Origin: Gnetum montanum
Lineage: Eukaryota; Plantae; Gnetophyta
Reading direction: 5' to 3'
DNA: 64,000 bases
Assembly (NCBI GenBank): GCA_015680685.1
Contig: MNCI01001142.1
Location: 131,588 to 195,587, forward strand
Part shown: positions 28,238 to 40,648 of the stretch, one piece after another
Position numbering within the stretch: position 1 is the stretch's first letter
How the letters are laid out: each line of letters opens with the position of its first letter
Translations under genes and position numbers: made by a program
The notes under the pieces: generated by a model
What the model was told of the DNA's origin: nothing
What the model saw: only the letters and a program-made list of their open reading frames with translations
Databases searched by the model: none

Positions 28238-29694
28238 TGAGAACCAAGAACTTAGAAAGGGGGGATGAATAAGTTCCCTAATTTACAAGCAACACCTATT
28301 ACACAAAACATAATAATTATGTGGTATCCAAACTTGGATAGTCCATAATCATAGGGTAGATTCCTTAGACAGCTCTAAACTTTATTTCTTCCAAAATGTG
28401 GTTTAAAGGACATCATAACCTTTACAAGATTTAAGCTTTGTTATGGAGAATTTCATTGCTATGAAATCTCTCAAGCCTGTAAGGTCCCAACAAGCTCAAA
28501 ATGTGGTTTGAGGGGCACCACACCTTGTACAAGATCTTAGGTCCACTTCAGAGTGTTTTATCACTACAAAATCACTCAACCCCACAAGGTCCCAACAAGA
28601 TTAGAATGTGATCTCAAGGATCCCACAACCTTTACAAATTTGAGCTCCACTCTAGAGTGTTTTAACATTACAAAACCACTTAATCTCACAGGATTCCAAC
28701 AAGCTCAATACAGATGCCTTCTTACAAAAAGCACATCAACCCTATAGGGCTACAAGAGAGAAAAAAATACAAGGAAGAAATGTAACTTAAATTATAGGTC
28801 CTTATACTTTGAAGCATAGTTCTACTAACAATCAAACAAATGATATGACAAATGAAGTACACAAGTATAATAGAATAGAATACAAAATCGTTGCTTTAAT
28901 GTTGAAAATACTTGTACAATTCCCAAGAATTTGAAGTCTTCTTATAGCATTGAAATTTTTGAAAAAACCTCAAAATTCATGCAACGACTATCTAAGACCT
29001 AGTGTAGACATCTCTTTCAATGTTGGACTATCTACTTGACGTCTACATCAAATCTAGAGTGACATCTCTTTTGGAAGTGGGACGTCTCTAAGGAGACATC
29101 TTCTTTCCAATGAATATGTCTTCTATGTTTGAAAGATGTCTTCTTGTGAAAGACTTGATTTTAGCCAAGATGTCTTTTCATCCTTAGAGATGTCTTCTCA
29201 ACATTTGAGGTCTAGTTCCTAAGCCTTTCTCTCATTGATTTGGCTTCTTCCTAATCCTTGGAGTGTCTTCATTTGACTCGTAGTCTTCATTTTTATCCAT
29301 GATTGTCCATGCTATTATCTTATCCATGCAATCTCTACTTTTTCATTTCTTTGTAGATCTTAATTCTTGAGTTCTTACTCATGCCCTAAGAAATTATCAC
29401 ATTCCACAACATTCTATGTTCTCCATTTTTCTTAAGGTTTGGACATACCAAAAGGTCAACAATCTTCCCTTTTTTGGTGACATTCAAAACTTAAGAAAAT
29501 GGGTGAGTCAATAACAATTTAAATAATAATAACTAATAAAAATATTAAGACATATAAGTTCCAATTGTAGTCAAGGTTATAACTAGGATAATGGCTCTAA
29601 AGCTTAAGGCACAAGGTAGAAATCACATGAAATCTAAAAAGAAACTATATTATGCATAGGTAAGACCTATCTCCATAACGAAACTCATAGACAT

Positions 29695-29780
29695 AATTTG
29701 TCCATAAAACATCCATTGATTTGTCCATAAAACATCCACAAATCTGTTCATGAAATATCCACAAATCTATCCACAATATA
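29695..29780. repeat. About 21-bp tandem repeat, roughly 4 copies, in the Sirevirus 3' region
   Basis: Repeated (t)tgtccataaaacatcca(ttga/caaa) units. Confidence 0.7.
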
Positions 29781-29937
29781 TATAGTTATTGAAACATCCT
29801 CATCATGTATAAAGACCACATATGTGTAAGTTCACAACAGAAACCAAAGATGTGTACATCATCAAATTGACCATAAACCATTAAAAGCTATCTCCCCTTC
29901 TTTGAACATCAGCAAAAGGAGGGATGACCCAAGGACT

Positions 29938-31565
29938 CTAATCATTAACCTTTATGACATCATCAGAGTCCTCATCTAAAGTAACTATGACATGAGAAGG
30001 TTTACAAGTCTCTTCATCATCATCATCACTATTGATACTAGCGTTGGAGTCATGCGACTCAACATCATCATCCAAAGATGATACTTGAACAGGGAGTTCT
30101 TTTTGGATAAAAATTTACTTAAAATTAAGATGAAGTTGGAGGATCATGCTGAGATGGAGTTGGCTGAGAGGATGGGAAAGCATGTTTCCTCTTATAAGTG
30201 ATGAGACTAGTAGGCCTCCATTAAGATGAAGTTCCAAAGATGCTTTCCTTGGCTTGCTGCTTAAAAGACCTAGGAGTATGATCTTAATGATGACAACTGG
30301 GTCGATGCTACATGGGATCATGATGCTTCCCTTGGACATGTGATGGTGGTGTAACAAGATCCTCTAAATTAGACTTATTTTCCAAGTCATAGGTTTGGGA
30401 AGGTTTAGCTACAACCAAATGTCTATGTGGGACAAGAAGATCCTCCTCATTATTTAAAATGGAAGTATTGATGATCTCCTCAAACTACTATCTATCAAGA
30501 AGAAGAGGTACATTAGCTATGTCCATTCTCTTATGGAGGTAAGAGAGATTCTTGGCAGTCATCCCCAAAGTATGAGAAAATGACCAAAGTAGCTTCTTTA
30601 GGAAAGATCTCACCTATTCGCTAATAGATTTAGACCCTCTTAACTAAGGTGAGGCTTGGGATGGTAATGTTGATCTCTTATTCTTTTGGGACTGACATGG
30701 CCTGGTACTAGATCCTACTTCATCAGTATGAGAGGAGATCCTCTTCTCTACATACTTACTAAGGCTTCTCTTGCATTGAAGCAAAGGCATGTTAGGAATG
30801 GAAACATCTCAATATCAAATCAATAAACTAATGACATGAGGGTACCCAAGGATTCTTTCCTTCGTGAACAAGCCTAACATGTCACAATAGAGAGTATGGC
30901 CCAAGTCCAATGGTTGTCTTGTAAGAAGGTAGTAAAAAACAAATGACTGGGTAGGAAACAAATAATTATAGCTTCCCCCTTTTACAATGATGTTATACAA
31001 AGTAGTGTGTGATAGGATGGAAACATTTGGTGCCATCTGACTCCTATAAAGTCTCCCACTACAAAGAGCCACTAACTGTCCAAAGAGTGTGTCATAAAAT
31101 TCATCTTGGAAAATGGAAATTACACCATTTGTAAAAATATCATTCATGGAATTAATGGTGACCTTGAAGACATTAGCACTATAAATCCCAATAAGTGCAT
31201 TGACCACTTGAGGAGACACATCAATCACCAAACCTCCAACCATGGCAGTAAAGGCCTCAATAGAAGCATCTATAATAAGAATGTTATAATAAAACTCTCA
31301 AATGAGAATTTTAGGCACATAGAAAACCATGGAAATGAAGGTAACCCGATTAACACTTGGAAGAAACTCATTAATGCTTATTGCCTACACTAAGGGAAGG
31401 AAAGAGAGAACTATGAAATGGTAGAAATGGTTTGATTTACCTCAAATAGTGCTAGGTGCTGATTGATCTTAATTGGGGGTTGTAGGTGCTTGGATTGTCG
31501 GTGGATGCTCTCTTTGACTTCTTCTTTGGTGGCATCCTTGATGTTCCAACCTTCTTGTGGACCAT
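29938..31565 (-). pseudogene. Sirevirus env-like / putative plant transposon protein ORF
   Basis: Starts MVHKKVGTSRMPPKKKSK, then *EFYYN...VGGLVIDVSPQVVNALIGI...NIIVKGGS...LDLG...LGYPHVISLLI (ORF 30815-31243), with an acidic tail ending just before the PPTs. Confidence 0.7.
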
Positions 31566-31944
31566 GGATGATCAAACTTATGTCATAGATAAAGACCTAG
31601 TCATCTCCCCTTGGTCATCTCATTGATACTGAAACAAAAAGAAGGTTTTTAATGAAAAAGTAGACATATTCTTTAAAATGATAGACATATCATTTGCATT
31701 TAAAACTATAGGTAGATGTATTCTTTGTAGAGTAGAAGTATCATCTGCATTGTGGGAAAACATAGGTACATGTCCTATTTTAAGAGTAGATGTCTCCTTT
31801 TGAAAGCAGACATCTTATGGGAGACTTATCCTTGTAGACATCTCAACAAGATGGAGTTTGGCAAGATGGGGCTTAGGGATGACTACCAAGGATTATTGTC
31901 TTAAGAGATATACATAATGAATCAAAGACTTTCCTTTACTTACC

Positions 31945-33789
31945 TTCCTTGCTAATTAAAATGAAGTTGCTTAGTAAGCTTGAGAATGAGATTCCTTTTT
32001 TGATGTTTCTCTCATTACATATATTTATTTGATCTTCAAGGCTTGGCTCCCTTTCAAAAATTTATTGGAGAGAGTCTCCTCACTCTCATGTTCCTTCCTT
32101 TTTATCCTCCATTATTTCTTAACTTCCTTATCCTTTTAAGCTACCCATGTTTTCCTATGATCTTGCATAGTTTCCTTTCTAGAAATTTCTGGGTAAGACC
32201 AAGGAGTCTTATGATATGACCAACTATTCATATGATAATATTTCAAATTACAATTCCATTACTTGTATCCAAATGTATTATAGTAATAACATCTAACCTT
32301 TCTACTATGATTAGAGTAATCAAACCTTAGAGTTGCGTTTTGGTTACTTATAGTACTAGTGATTATCTTAGTTTTTGAAGTGCTTTCCTATTTAGATGAT
32401 GTTGTTATAGATGCTTGTTCCTGTTTATAACATCCTAGACCACTTTTATCATTTGTACTTCTTCCCTATGTAAGAATCATTTTAAGGGATTCTTTTTCTT
32501 TGACTAGCCTCTCATTTATAAGTTTGACATCTGCAAGTTCTTTCTTAATTTGCTTAGAAGACTTGGTTAGCTCTTTATTCTTAGCCCTAAGGTATGAGCT
32601 TTTTTTTGTGAGATTAGAAATCTTTATATTTATTGAATAAATATCTTAATCCTTTATTTTTAGTTGTTTACTCAAATTTGTATAAATATTTTGAAAAGAT
32701 AAAATTTCATTACTTAAAAGTTCATACCTTTCTTCATTATTTTCAAATTCATCATCTAAGATGCTAGCATTAGCATCTGTGAGAGCCATACAAATGAGAT
32801 ATGAATCTTTTTTGTCAATATCAACCTCTTCTTCACTTTGTTTTTCATCATCCTAACTTGTAAATAAGTTGGTCTTTCTCTTATCCATATCATTTGTGTC
32901 CCTGCATTGCAACCTAGCATTACTAGGATATTTGGAGGCCATATGGCCTCTTCCATCACAAATCCAACATTCTATTGAAGAATAATTAGAATTAGAACTT
33001 GAAACATTTTTACCACTTTCCTTACCTTTAAATTGATTTGATCTTTATGAATTATATCTCTTACTCCTTTTTTTCATAAACCTTTACAACCTTCTTGAAA
33101 GAAGTTCTATTTCATCTTCATTGCTCACATCATACTTAGCAAGTTCCTTTTCCTTTAAGGAAAATTTTAGGGCAATGGGCTTTTCTTTTATTGACCCTTC
33201 ACTTATGAGATTAATTTCATAATCTATAAAAGAAATTTGGATCTCTTTAAATTTTAAATTTGAAAAATCTCTAATCTCCTCCATGGCCACAACATTAGGT
33301 CTAAATTCTAGTTTTAGAGTCCTATTCATTTTTATTAATACATGACATTTAGGAAAGTCTTTGCTTATGCCCCTAATTGACACAAAAGATAATTTTCCCT
33401 AGAGAAATAATCTTTTATCTTTTCTCCTTTTCCCATTCTAACCTTATCATACTCACTTTGTAAAACTAAAAGTTTAGATTGCTTAACTATTAATGCACCA
33501 TCGTAGGTAGAGTCTAAAGTTTCCAAAATTTTTTTGGCAGTTTTACATCTAGCTACTCTATTAAATTTAGATTTATTCAGTACATAAAACTATCTCTTTC
33601 TTCTTGTGTCCACTTGATTTAGGGCTCGATGGCCTTTTTTGCTCTATCAATGGAGAATGTGTAGCCTTCAAGGATGAACTCCCATACTTCAAACTCCATT
33701 GATTTGAAGAAGCCCTACATCCTAGCCTTTTAGAAGCCAAAATTGAACCCATTAAACATAGGTGTCTTGGTGTAAGATGTTCCATCCAT
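31945..33789 (-). pseudogene. gag: Extended gag of Sirevirus 2
   Basis: TPMFNGFNFGF*KARM*GFFKSMEFEVW (Copia gag N-terminus), UBN2-like ORF 33084-33383, Zn knuckle IECWICDGRGHMASK at about 32930-32976. Confidence 0.85.
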
Positions 33790-35082
33790 AGTTCACTCTT
33801 GAATATTGATGTTGAGTGTAAGATTACTAGGCTCTGATACCACTTGAGGATCAAGAACTTAGAAAGTGGGGATGAATATGCTTGCCAATACACAAGCAAC
33901 ACTTGTTACAAAAAGAAAAAAAATAAATTACATGGTTTCCCAACTTGCGTAGTCCACAATTGAAGGGTAGATTCCTTGCATACCTATAGATTTTTTTTTT
34001 CAAAATGTGATTTAAAGAACACCTCAAACTTTCCAATATTTGAGCTCCTCTACAAAGAGGTTTGTCATTGCAAAATCTCTCAAGCCTACAAGATTCTAAT
34101 AAGAACATATGATTTGCAATGCATCACACTTTGTAGAAGCTCTAAGCTTTTCTCTAGACTATTTCTTCACTACAAAACCAATTAACCTTTCAAGCTTTCA
34201 ATAAGCTTAGAATGTGGTTTCTAGGATCCCACAAACTTTACAAAATTAAGCTTTGTTTTGAAGTGTTTTGACATTGCAAAACCACTCAATCCTATAGGAT
34301 CCTAACAAGCTTAATCCATATGCCTTCTTGTAAGAAGCACATCAACCCTATAGGGCTACAAGAGAGAAACAAAAACACAAGGAAGGAATATAACTTAAAT
34401 TACTAGTCTTTGTACTTTGAAGCATAGTTCTACTAACAATCAATTAAATGATATTACAAATGAAGTACACAAGTATAATAGAATAGAATACACAATGATT
34501 TCTTTGATATTGATAATACTTGTACAATTTTCAAGAATTTGAAATCTTCTTATAACATTGGAGTTTTAAAAAATACCTTGAAAATTATGTAATAGCTATC
34601 TAATGGCTAGTGTAGACATCTCTTTGAAGTTGGAACATCTACTTGAAATCTACCTCAAATATGAAGAGATCTCTCTTTTTGAAGTGGGACATCTCTGGGG
34701 AGATGTCTCTAGGGATACATCTTCTTTTCAAAGGAGATGTCCACTATTTTTGAGAGATGCCTTCCTATGAAAGACTTCATTTCAACCAAGACATCTTTTG
34801 ATCCTTGGAGATATCTTTTCAAGATTTGAGCTCTAGTTCTTAAGGCTTTCAATTATTGATTTGGCTTCTTTCTAATCCTTGGAGCATCTTCATTTTACTA
34901 ATAGCCTTTGTTTTTATCCATGCCTATTCATGATCTTATCTTGGCCATGTAGTCTCTACTTTGACATTTCTTTGTAGATCTCAATTCTTAAGTTCTTACT
35001 CATGCCTTGCACATTCATTAGATTTGACAACATTCTATGTTCTCCATTTTGCTTAAGGTTTTGACATACCAAAAGATCAACT

Positions 35083-37150
35083 TTTCCATGGTCAAAGTAA
35101 GGAAAAATTACCAATGAGTAATGTTGATCAATGTTGTAGGTGTCTCAGTCAAATTTTAGGCCATTTGCAATGTTAAAATACTAATTTCCTTGATTTCCAA
35201 CCATGACTACACTAGGACTACACTGACCAGTATAGTCATGGCCCTTCCTAGTGTAGTTAGGTATCAAATCTAGCTTTTGGTAGGTTTATTTGGTAAATCA
35301 ACTAGTCTCTTAAGTTTCCAAGATCACCAGTGTCTCTAGCTAGGGTTTTTGCTAAGACTTAATAATTCTAGAGGTTGTTTGGGCATTGAAATGACTATTT
35401 CTCACTATGACTATGCTGGCCAACATAGTTGAGCCTAGCCTTAGTGTAGATGGGGTGAATTTGGTGTTTTTAGGATCAAAACAAGGTGGATTTATAGCTA
35501 GGCAAGGATAATTGGGGATTTGGGTTTTCAATTTAGGTTTTGGATTGTTTTGAGTGTCAAACTACTGGTCAAAGCTTCCAAAGACCATGACTACTCTGGG
35601 ACTACACTAGCTAATGTAGTTAAGTCCTTCTCCAGCATAGTCACAACATGAATCTTAAATTTTGGGGTAATTCTATGATTGATTGACTGGGTTTTTAAGT
35701 TCTAAGGTTACCAATGTTGAAAAATAGGGTTTTAGACCTAAAATTAGTAGTTTTAGTGTCAAAATTATCATACACCACTAGAATAAACTAACTAGCATAA
35801 TCATAGTGTTGATGTCATGTGTATGATTAGTTTTGAAAATTTTTTATTGAGGTTGCATGGTTTAGAGTTCTTTGAGGTCTCCTATAGGGTTTTGGAATTG
35901 ATTGTACATACTAAGAAATCGATTTGGCATGTTGGTAACCCATTTTTCTATTTTGGGAGTGTGACTATGCTAGCTAGCATAATCCCTAACCTCCTTTGCA
36001 TAGTCACAAAATGAGAATTAAATTTGATCTTCTTTTGTCTTACAATTCATTAGTACAAGATCACCAAAGGTCTTTAAGGAGTGTGGAGGTCAAAATATGA
36101 TAATTTAGAGGTTTCTATTTGCTTTTGGTAATCCACCATGATCCAAGTATACTTTCACTATGTTGACTAGCATAACTAGTGTATCTTACAGTGTAGTCTA
36201 CTATGTGGGATGGAATTTGACCTTCTTTGCCTTAGTTGTTTGTTGTTTCTAGGCTATTAGAGGTTCCAAGATGAAGTAAAGGTCAAAATATGTTAATTTA
36301 AAGGTTATCTTTGGTATTTGATATTCATTTCTTACTTACCTATGCTAGGAATATGCTCACCAGGATAGTTGAGTTATCCCCTAGCATAGTCTATGTAAGA
36401 AAATTAGATTTTGATGATTTTTAATAGGTTTCATGCATTTACAGAGTTTCTAGAGGTTATGGTTAGGGTTTGGTACATGATGTTGTAGTTTTGGAGTTAA
36501 CTAGAAGTTTGATTGATGGCTAGAAACATCCTCTTATTGGTGACTACATAAACTAGCATAGTTAGGCTATTAGTCAGTGCAGTTACTATAAATGGTAGGT
36601 TTTGTTATGGGTTTTGGCCTTCCTCATTGTCTAGTTTTCATTAATGTCAATACCTGGTTTCTTGTGTTGGGAATAAGGTTTCATGACATGGATGGATAGT
36701 TGTGAGATGGGTTTTGGTAGTAATTGGTTTTTTGAAATTCATTACAGGTTTATGGATGTTTGAACCACAACATAGTTACCTAGGAAGTTAAAAACCCAAG
36801 TGCATTAGGATTTCCATTGGCTTACTACCTAGGTGCCTACTAGAGCCCACCTAAAGTTTGTATCTTTTTCTACATTAGTTTTCCACTCACCTAGTGTAGT
36901 CACACTTTCCAATTATGATCATTGAGTTTAGTGAGACTTGGGTGGCCATTTTGGGAAAACCAAGGTTTTGAAGTGGACACATAAGTTTGGGAGTGATTTT
37001 CAAGAAACAATTTTAAACAAATAATTCTTGCTATACCACTCTCAACCTGTAGCGTAGTGCATTAGAGCTATGTACCTATTCTAGCCTCTATTACCTTTGT
37101 TTCTAGCATAGTCACAAGCTTTCTACACCAAGAGGCTAGTGTATTTGTTG
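35083..37150. repeat. Continuation of the element B spacer; motif-rich putative promoter region of the antisense gene
   Basis: Periodic gactatgct/gactacact...agcatagt/agtgtagt dyads about every 190 bp. Followed by a candidate plus-strand first exon at 37191. Confidence 0.55.
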
Positions 37151-37190
37151 CAAAAGGCTTCAAATGGTTGTTGCTGCATTAGTTGCCATC

Positions 37191-37315
37191 ATGTCCAAGA
37201 GAAATGCTATCATTACTAAGAACCCAAATTTGGAGGAGGTTGATGCTACTACCCAAGGCCTCTCCAACCTCCCATGACTAGTAATTGCTAAGAGCTCTAC
37301 CACCATGATGCCTAG
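37191..37315 (+). pseudogene. Candidate first coding exon of the element B antisense gene
   Basis: ATG at 37191 (MSKRNAIITKNPNLEEVDATTQG...), AG|GTAC donor at 37316, then very T-rich intron-like DNA that continues after the young insertion to the acceptor at 52403. Confidence 0.4.
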
Positions 37316-38569
37316 GTACACAAATTCTAACTCTTTTATGCAAAATTTCCTTTAAAACCTAGGCATTTTTTGTCATGTGTATTTGTGTGTTGATTGAATT
37401 TGAATTTTACAAAATTCCTATGTTAGATCTAGGCTATATTTATGCATTTTTTGTTTCTTTCACTATGGGGTTGGTGTGTGTCAAATTCAAATTTTGCTTT
37501 TGCTATTTGTGGATGTTTTTATGTGTTTTGGGGAAACCATGCAATCCTAATTTTGGATTGTTTTGTATTTCAAAGGTTATGAAATTTTAGTTTTCATAGA
37601 CATAGGGTTGTAAAACTAAGTTTAATGGTCAAATGGATTTTTGTACCTCATTTTGATTTATGGTTAATTCTCTATGAATTTTTCCATAAGCTAGTGTAGA
37701 GTGGGATTTTAGTTTTGGCCATTTTTTCAAGGTACTTTAGAATTTTGTATACAAAAGATGGTTAATATTTTTATGGTTTTCATGTTGTGATATTTTCGTA
37801 TTTTGTTTAATAATTCTAATGGCTATGGAATCACAAAATTCTAATGTGTAGTTAATTTTTAGCAAATTTATTTGTAAACTCACATGAAGTAGGTTTTTGC
37901 TATTACAATTTGGTTCATGTTCCTTTTTCATTGTTTCCTACAAAAATGGCTAGGAATTTTTATGGTTTTTTACTTTTAGCTTTTATTTTGTTGTTTAAGG
38001 ATTACAATTACTATGAAATCATTAAATCTTGTTACACAGTTGAGTTTTAGTTAATTTTTCAATAAACTAGTGTCAAAGTGTGGTGTTTTGGTCATTATAA
38101 TTAATTGCTATAAAGATGGGTAGTGTGGCACTTTAGAAAAGTCTTCTAGTCAACGTCCTAGGGTTTTAGGGATTCTCTAAGGTGTTAGAGAGGTTTTGGA
38201 AGTGGTTTTATAAATTTTAAAAATCATTTGATAATTTTTGTTAGCCATATGCTGTGGTCATTTTCCATAGTTTTTTGGTTGTTTATGCAGTTGTTGGATT
38301 TTGTTAAGGCTTTTGGTTTTGGTATTCTAAATTTTCTTAAAGCTTAGAACCTTGTCATAGATGTCAAATTCCATTGAATTTTTTCCTACATAATTTCCAA
38401 CCTTAGAGAAAAATTTTAGCTCTAATCTATCATTTTTGATCAAGTGTGAATTACCTTGTACAATTGTAGTTTTGGTCATGAAAACTGCAAACCTCCTTAT
38501 TTGTACATGTAGTGTTTGTATTTTTGTTGTATTTTATTATTATGTTTAAAGGTTTATAAAGTTATTTAC

Positions 38570-40020
38570 TAAAACACCAAAAAATTCTGAGCTTAGTACG
38601 TTTCCAATAAGAATCGAGCTTAAGGGCCCACCGATAGCTTCAAGTAGAGTCGAACTCGACGAGGTTCAATTCCTTGGGACCCGCCGATGACAACGACAAC
38701 ATTTGCTATCAGAAATGGCAACTTCAGAGTGCAACATACTTAGTTTTCACTAAGTATGCGTCTCCGGCGTATATGCCTAGCGTATATGCCCAAGTTCACA
38801 TTTTCAGCGTATATGCCCAAATTCACATTCTCAGCGTATACGCTCAAGTCCAGCATCCATAGCATATACGCCCAACGTATACGCCCAACATTCATAGCTT
38901 ATACAACCTAGCATATACGCCCAACATTCACAACGTATATGCCCAGCGTTCATAGCATATATGCCCAGCATATACACCCGGCATGCAAGCCCCAAAGACG
39001 ACAAAGAAACAACGTTTCAGAGCAAGATTTGATACAAGGCATCGATTCACATGAACAAAGCATTCATCAAATGTTGACATTAGGCATCCTAGAATCTATA
39101 CGCTGAGCATGTACAGCGTATATGCCCAGGAGACACAACGTATACGCCCAGTAGTCATAGTGTATATGCCCAGCATCCATAGCATGTACGCCCAGCGTAT
39201 ATGCTCAAGATGGTAGATACAGTGTATATGCCTAGCATCCACAGCATGTACGCCCAGTGTATACGCTCAATATGGCAGATACAGTGTATATGCCTAGCAT
39301 ATGCAACACATTGTACACTTGTAACATTTCATTCTTTTGCACCTGGTCAACACACCACGTGTCACCCAACCCAAATCTAATGTCTAAACCTATATAAAAA
39401 TACCAATTTTTCATTAGAATGGGGTGGAAAATTTTGAGCAAACCAGAGAGAAAAACAGAGACGCTAAGAACCAAAGCAGAGAACTTTGTACACTGGACCT
39501 CAACCCTGTATGCTAAGCATATAGCCTCTACGCTGTGCCTGCAATTTGAACCAACACACTGTCATCCCTGCATCCATCGGGGCTATTCGTCCGCCTTGTG
39601 TGAAAGCCACAACTACGTTAGATCGGTGCATTGTAATTCTTACTTTGCAATAATATTGCTGCATTTTCTTCCTAAAATCTGTTACAGTTTTTCATTAATC
39701 GTTGCATGTTTCCTGTTTATGGCCTCGTACGTTTACGCTCTATTTACACCAGTTATGTTGTTTACATTTCTTTTTACATTAGTTATGTTGTTTACGTTTC
39801 GTTTTACATCTATTACACCATTCACATATAACCCAGCGTATAGCACCTTAGTGTACGTTTGGGGAAATCCTTGCCTGATCCGCGTGTAGACCACTCAAGA
39901 TACTCTACCTTCATCAATTCCAGCTTGCCCTCAAGCGAAGGTAGGGTCTTTTATGCGTGTCCAGAGATCTCCCAGTTTCTATTTCCTTCCAACTGGAGAC
40001 TGACGATTTTGGGCAGTATA
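38570..40020 (+). repeat. 5' LTR of element C (1451 bp)
   Basis: Direct repeat of 50611-51968. Termini decayed to TA...TA. TATA (tataaaaa) at about 39392. Extra internal repeat units relative to the 3' LTR. Confidence 0.95.
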
Positions 40021-40025
40021 GAAAT

Positions 40026-40042
40026 TAGCATTAGAAGGAGGG
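40026..40042 (+). promoter_or_regulatory. Primer-binding site
   Basis: TAGCATTAGAAGGAGGG, a transition-decayed TGGCGCTAGAAGGAGGG of Tat/Retand type, a few nt after the LTR. Confidence 0.8.
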
Positions 40043-40079
40043 CCTAAAACTACCTAAAACTTACTATGCTTCAGAACTC

Positions 40080-40600
40080 CTAGCATCTACGCTGTCGAGT
40101 AGACGCCGACCCTGTCTACAAACCTTCTAGCGTCTACGCTGTTGAGCGTCTACGCCGCTGAGCTTAAAACTTACTATCTGCAAACTTCCCAGTGTCTACA
40201 CTGCTTAGCGTATACGCTACATGCCCTATGCCGTAGACTCATCTACCCTGCCGTCCAGTACACGCTACACTCTGTATGCTGTAAACCCTGTTTACGCTGT
40301 ACGTTGACGTTGTCTATGCTGCTTTGCGTATACGTTGTACACTCTACACCGTAGACTCGTCTACGTTGCTGTCCAGTATACGCTACTCTCTATACGTTGT
40401 AAACCCTGTTTATGTTGTACGCTGACGCTATCTACACTGCTTAGTGTATATGCTATACGCTCTACATTGTTGATTCTCTACGCTGTTACTATAAACTGTA
40501 TACCTATACGCTGTCATTATACGCTGGTCATTGAAGCCTATACGCTAAGACCTAGTTTATACACTGTATGCCACGAACGTAGGTTTACGCTGCACTAGGT
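40080..40600 (+). repeat. 5' leader built from TACGCT(G)/CTACGC motif repeats, including a duplication of about 120 bp
   Basis: Dozens of (c/a)tacgctg variants; 40205-40325 resembles 40325-40445. Confidence 0.8.
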
Positions 40601-40648
40601 ATACTAGTTTCATATCCCTTCACTGTATCGTATTCTCAACTATTCATC

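Larger units (their letters stand above)
28238..35082 (-). mobile_element. Sirevirus (SIRE)-like Ty1/copia element, non-autonomous: gag plus env-like ORF, no pol
   Basis: LTRs 28238-29461 and 33845-35082. Perfect Met PBS (GCTCTGATACCA at 33831-33842). PPTs at 29462 and about 29890. Palindromic AGAY(G/A)TCT motifs in the LTRs. TSD not recognisable. Confidence 0.9.

Noticed and set aside
31385-31440. Intron in the Sirevirus env-like ORF
   Set aside because: Only 56 nt and readable as decayed coding sequence; no independent support.
28233-35087. TSD for Sirevirus 2
   Set aside because: The flanks TGCCT and TTTCC do not match, so the boundaries rest on LTR alignment only.
39419-39889. 156-aa ORF in the 5' LTR
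   Set aside because: The equivalent region of the 3' LTR is interrupted (only 51566-51886 is open) and there is no domain signature; likely a chance ORF.
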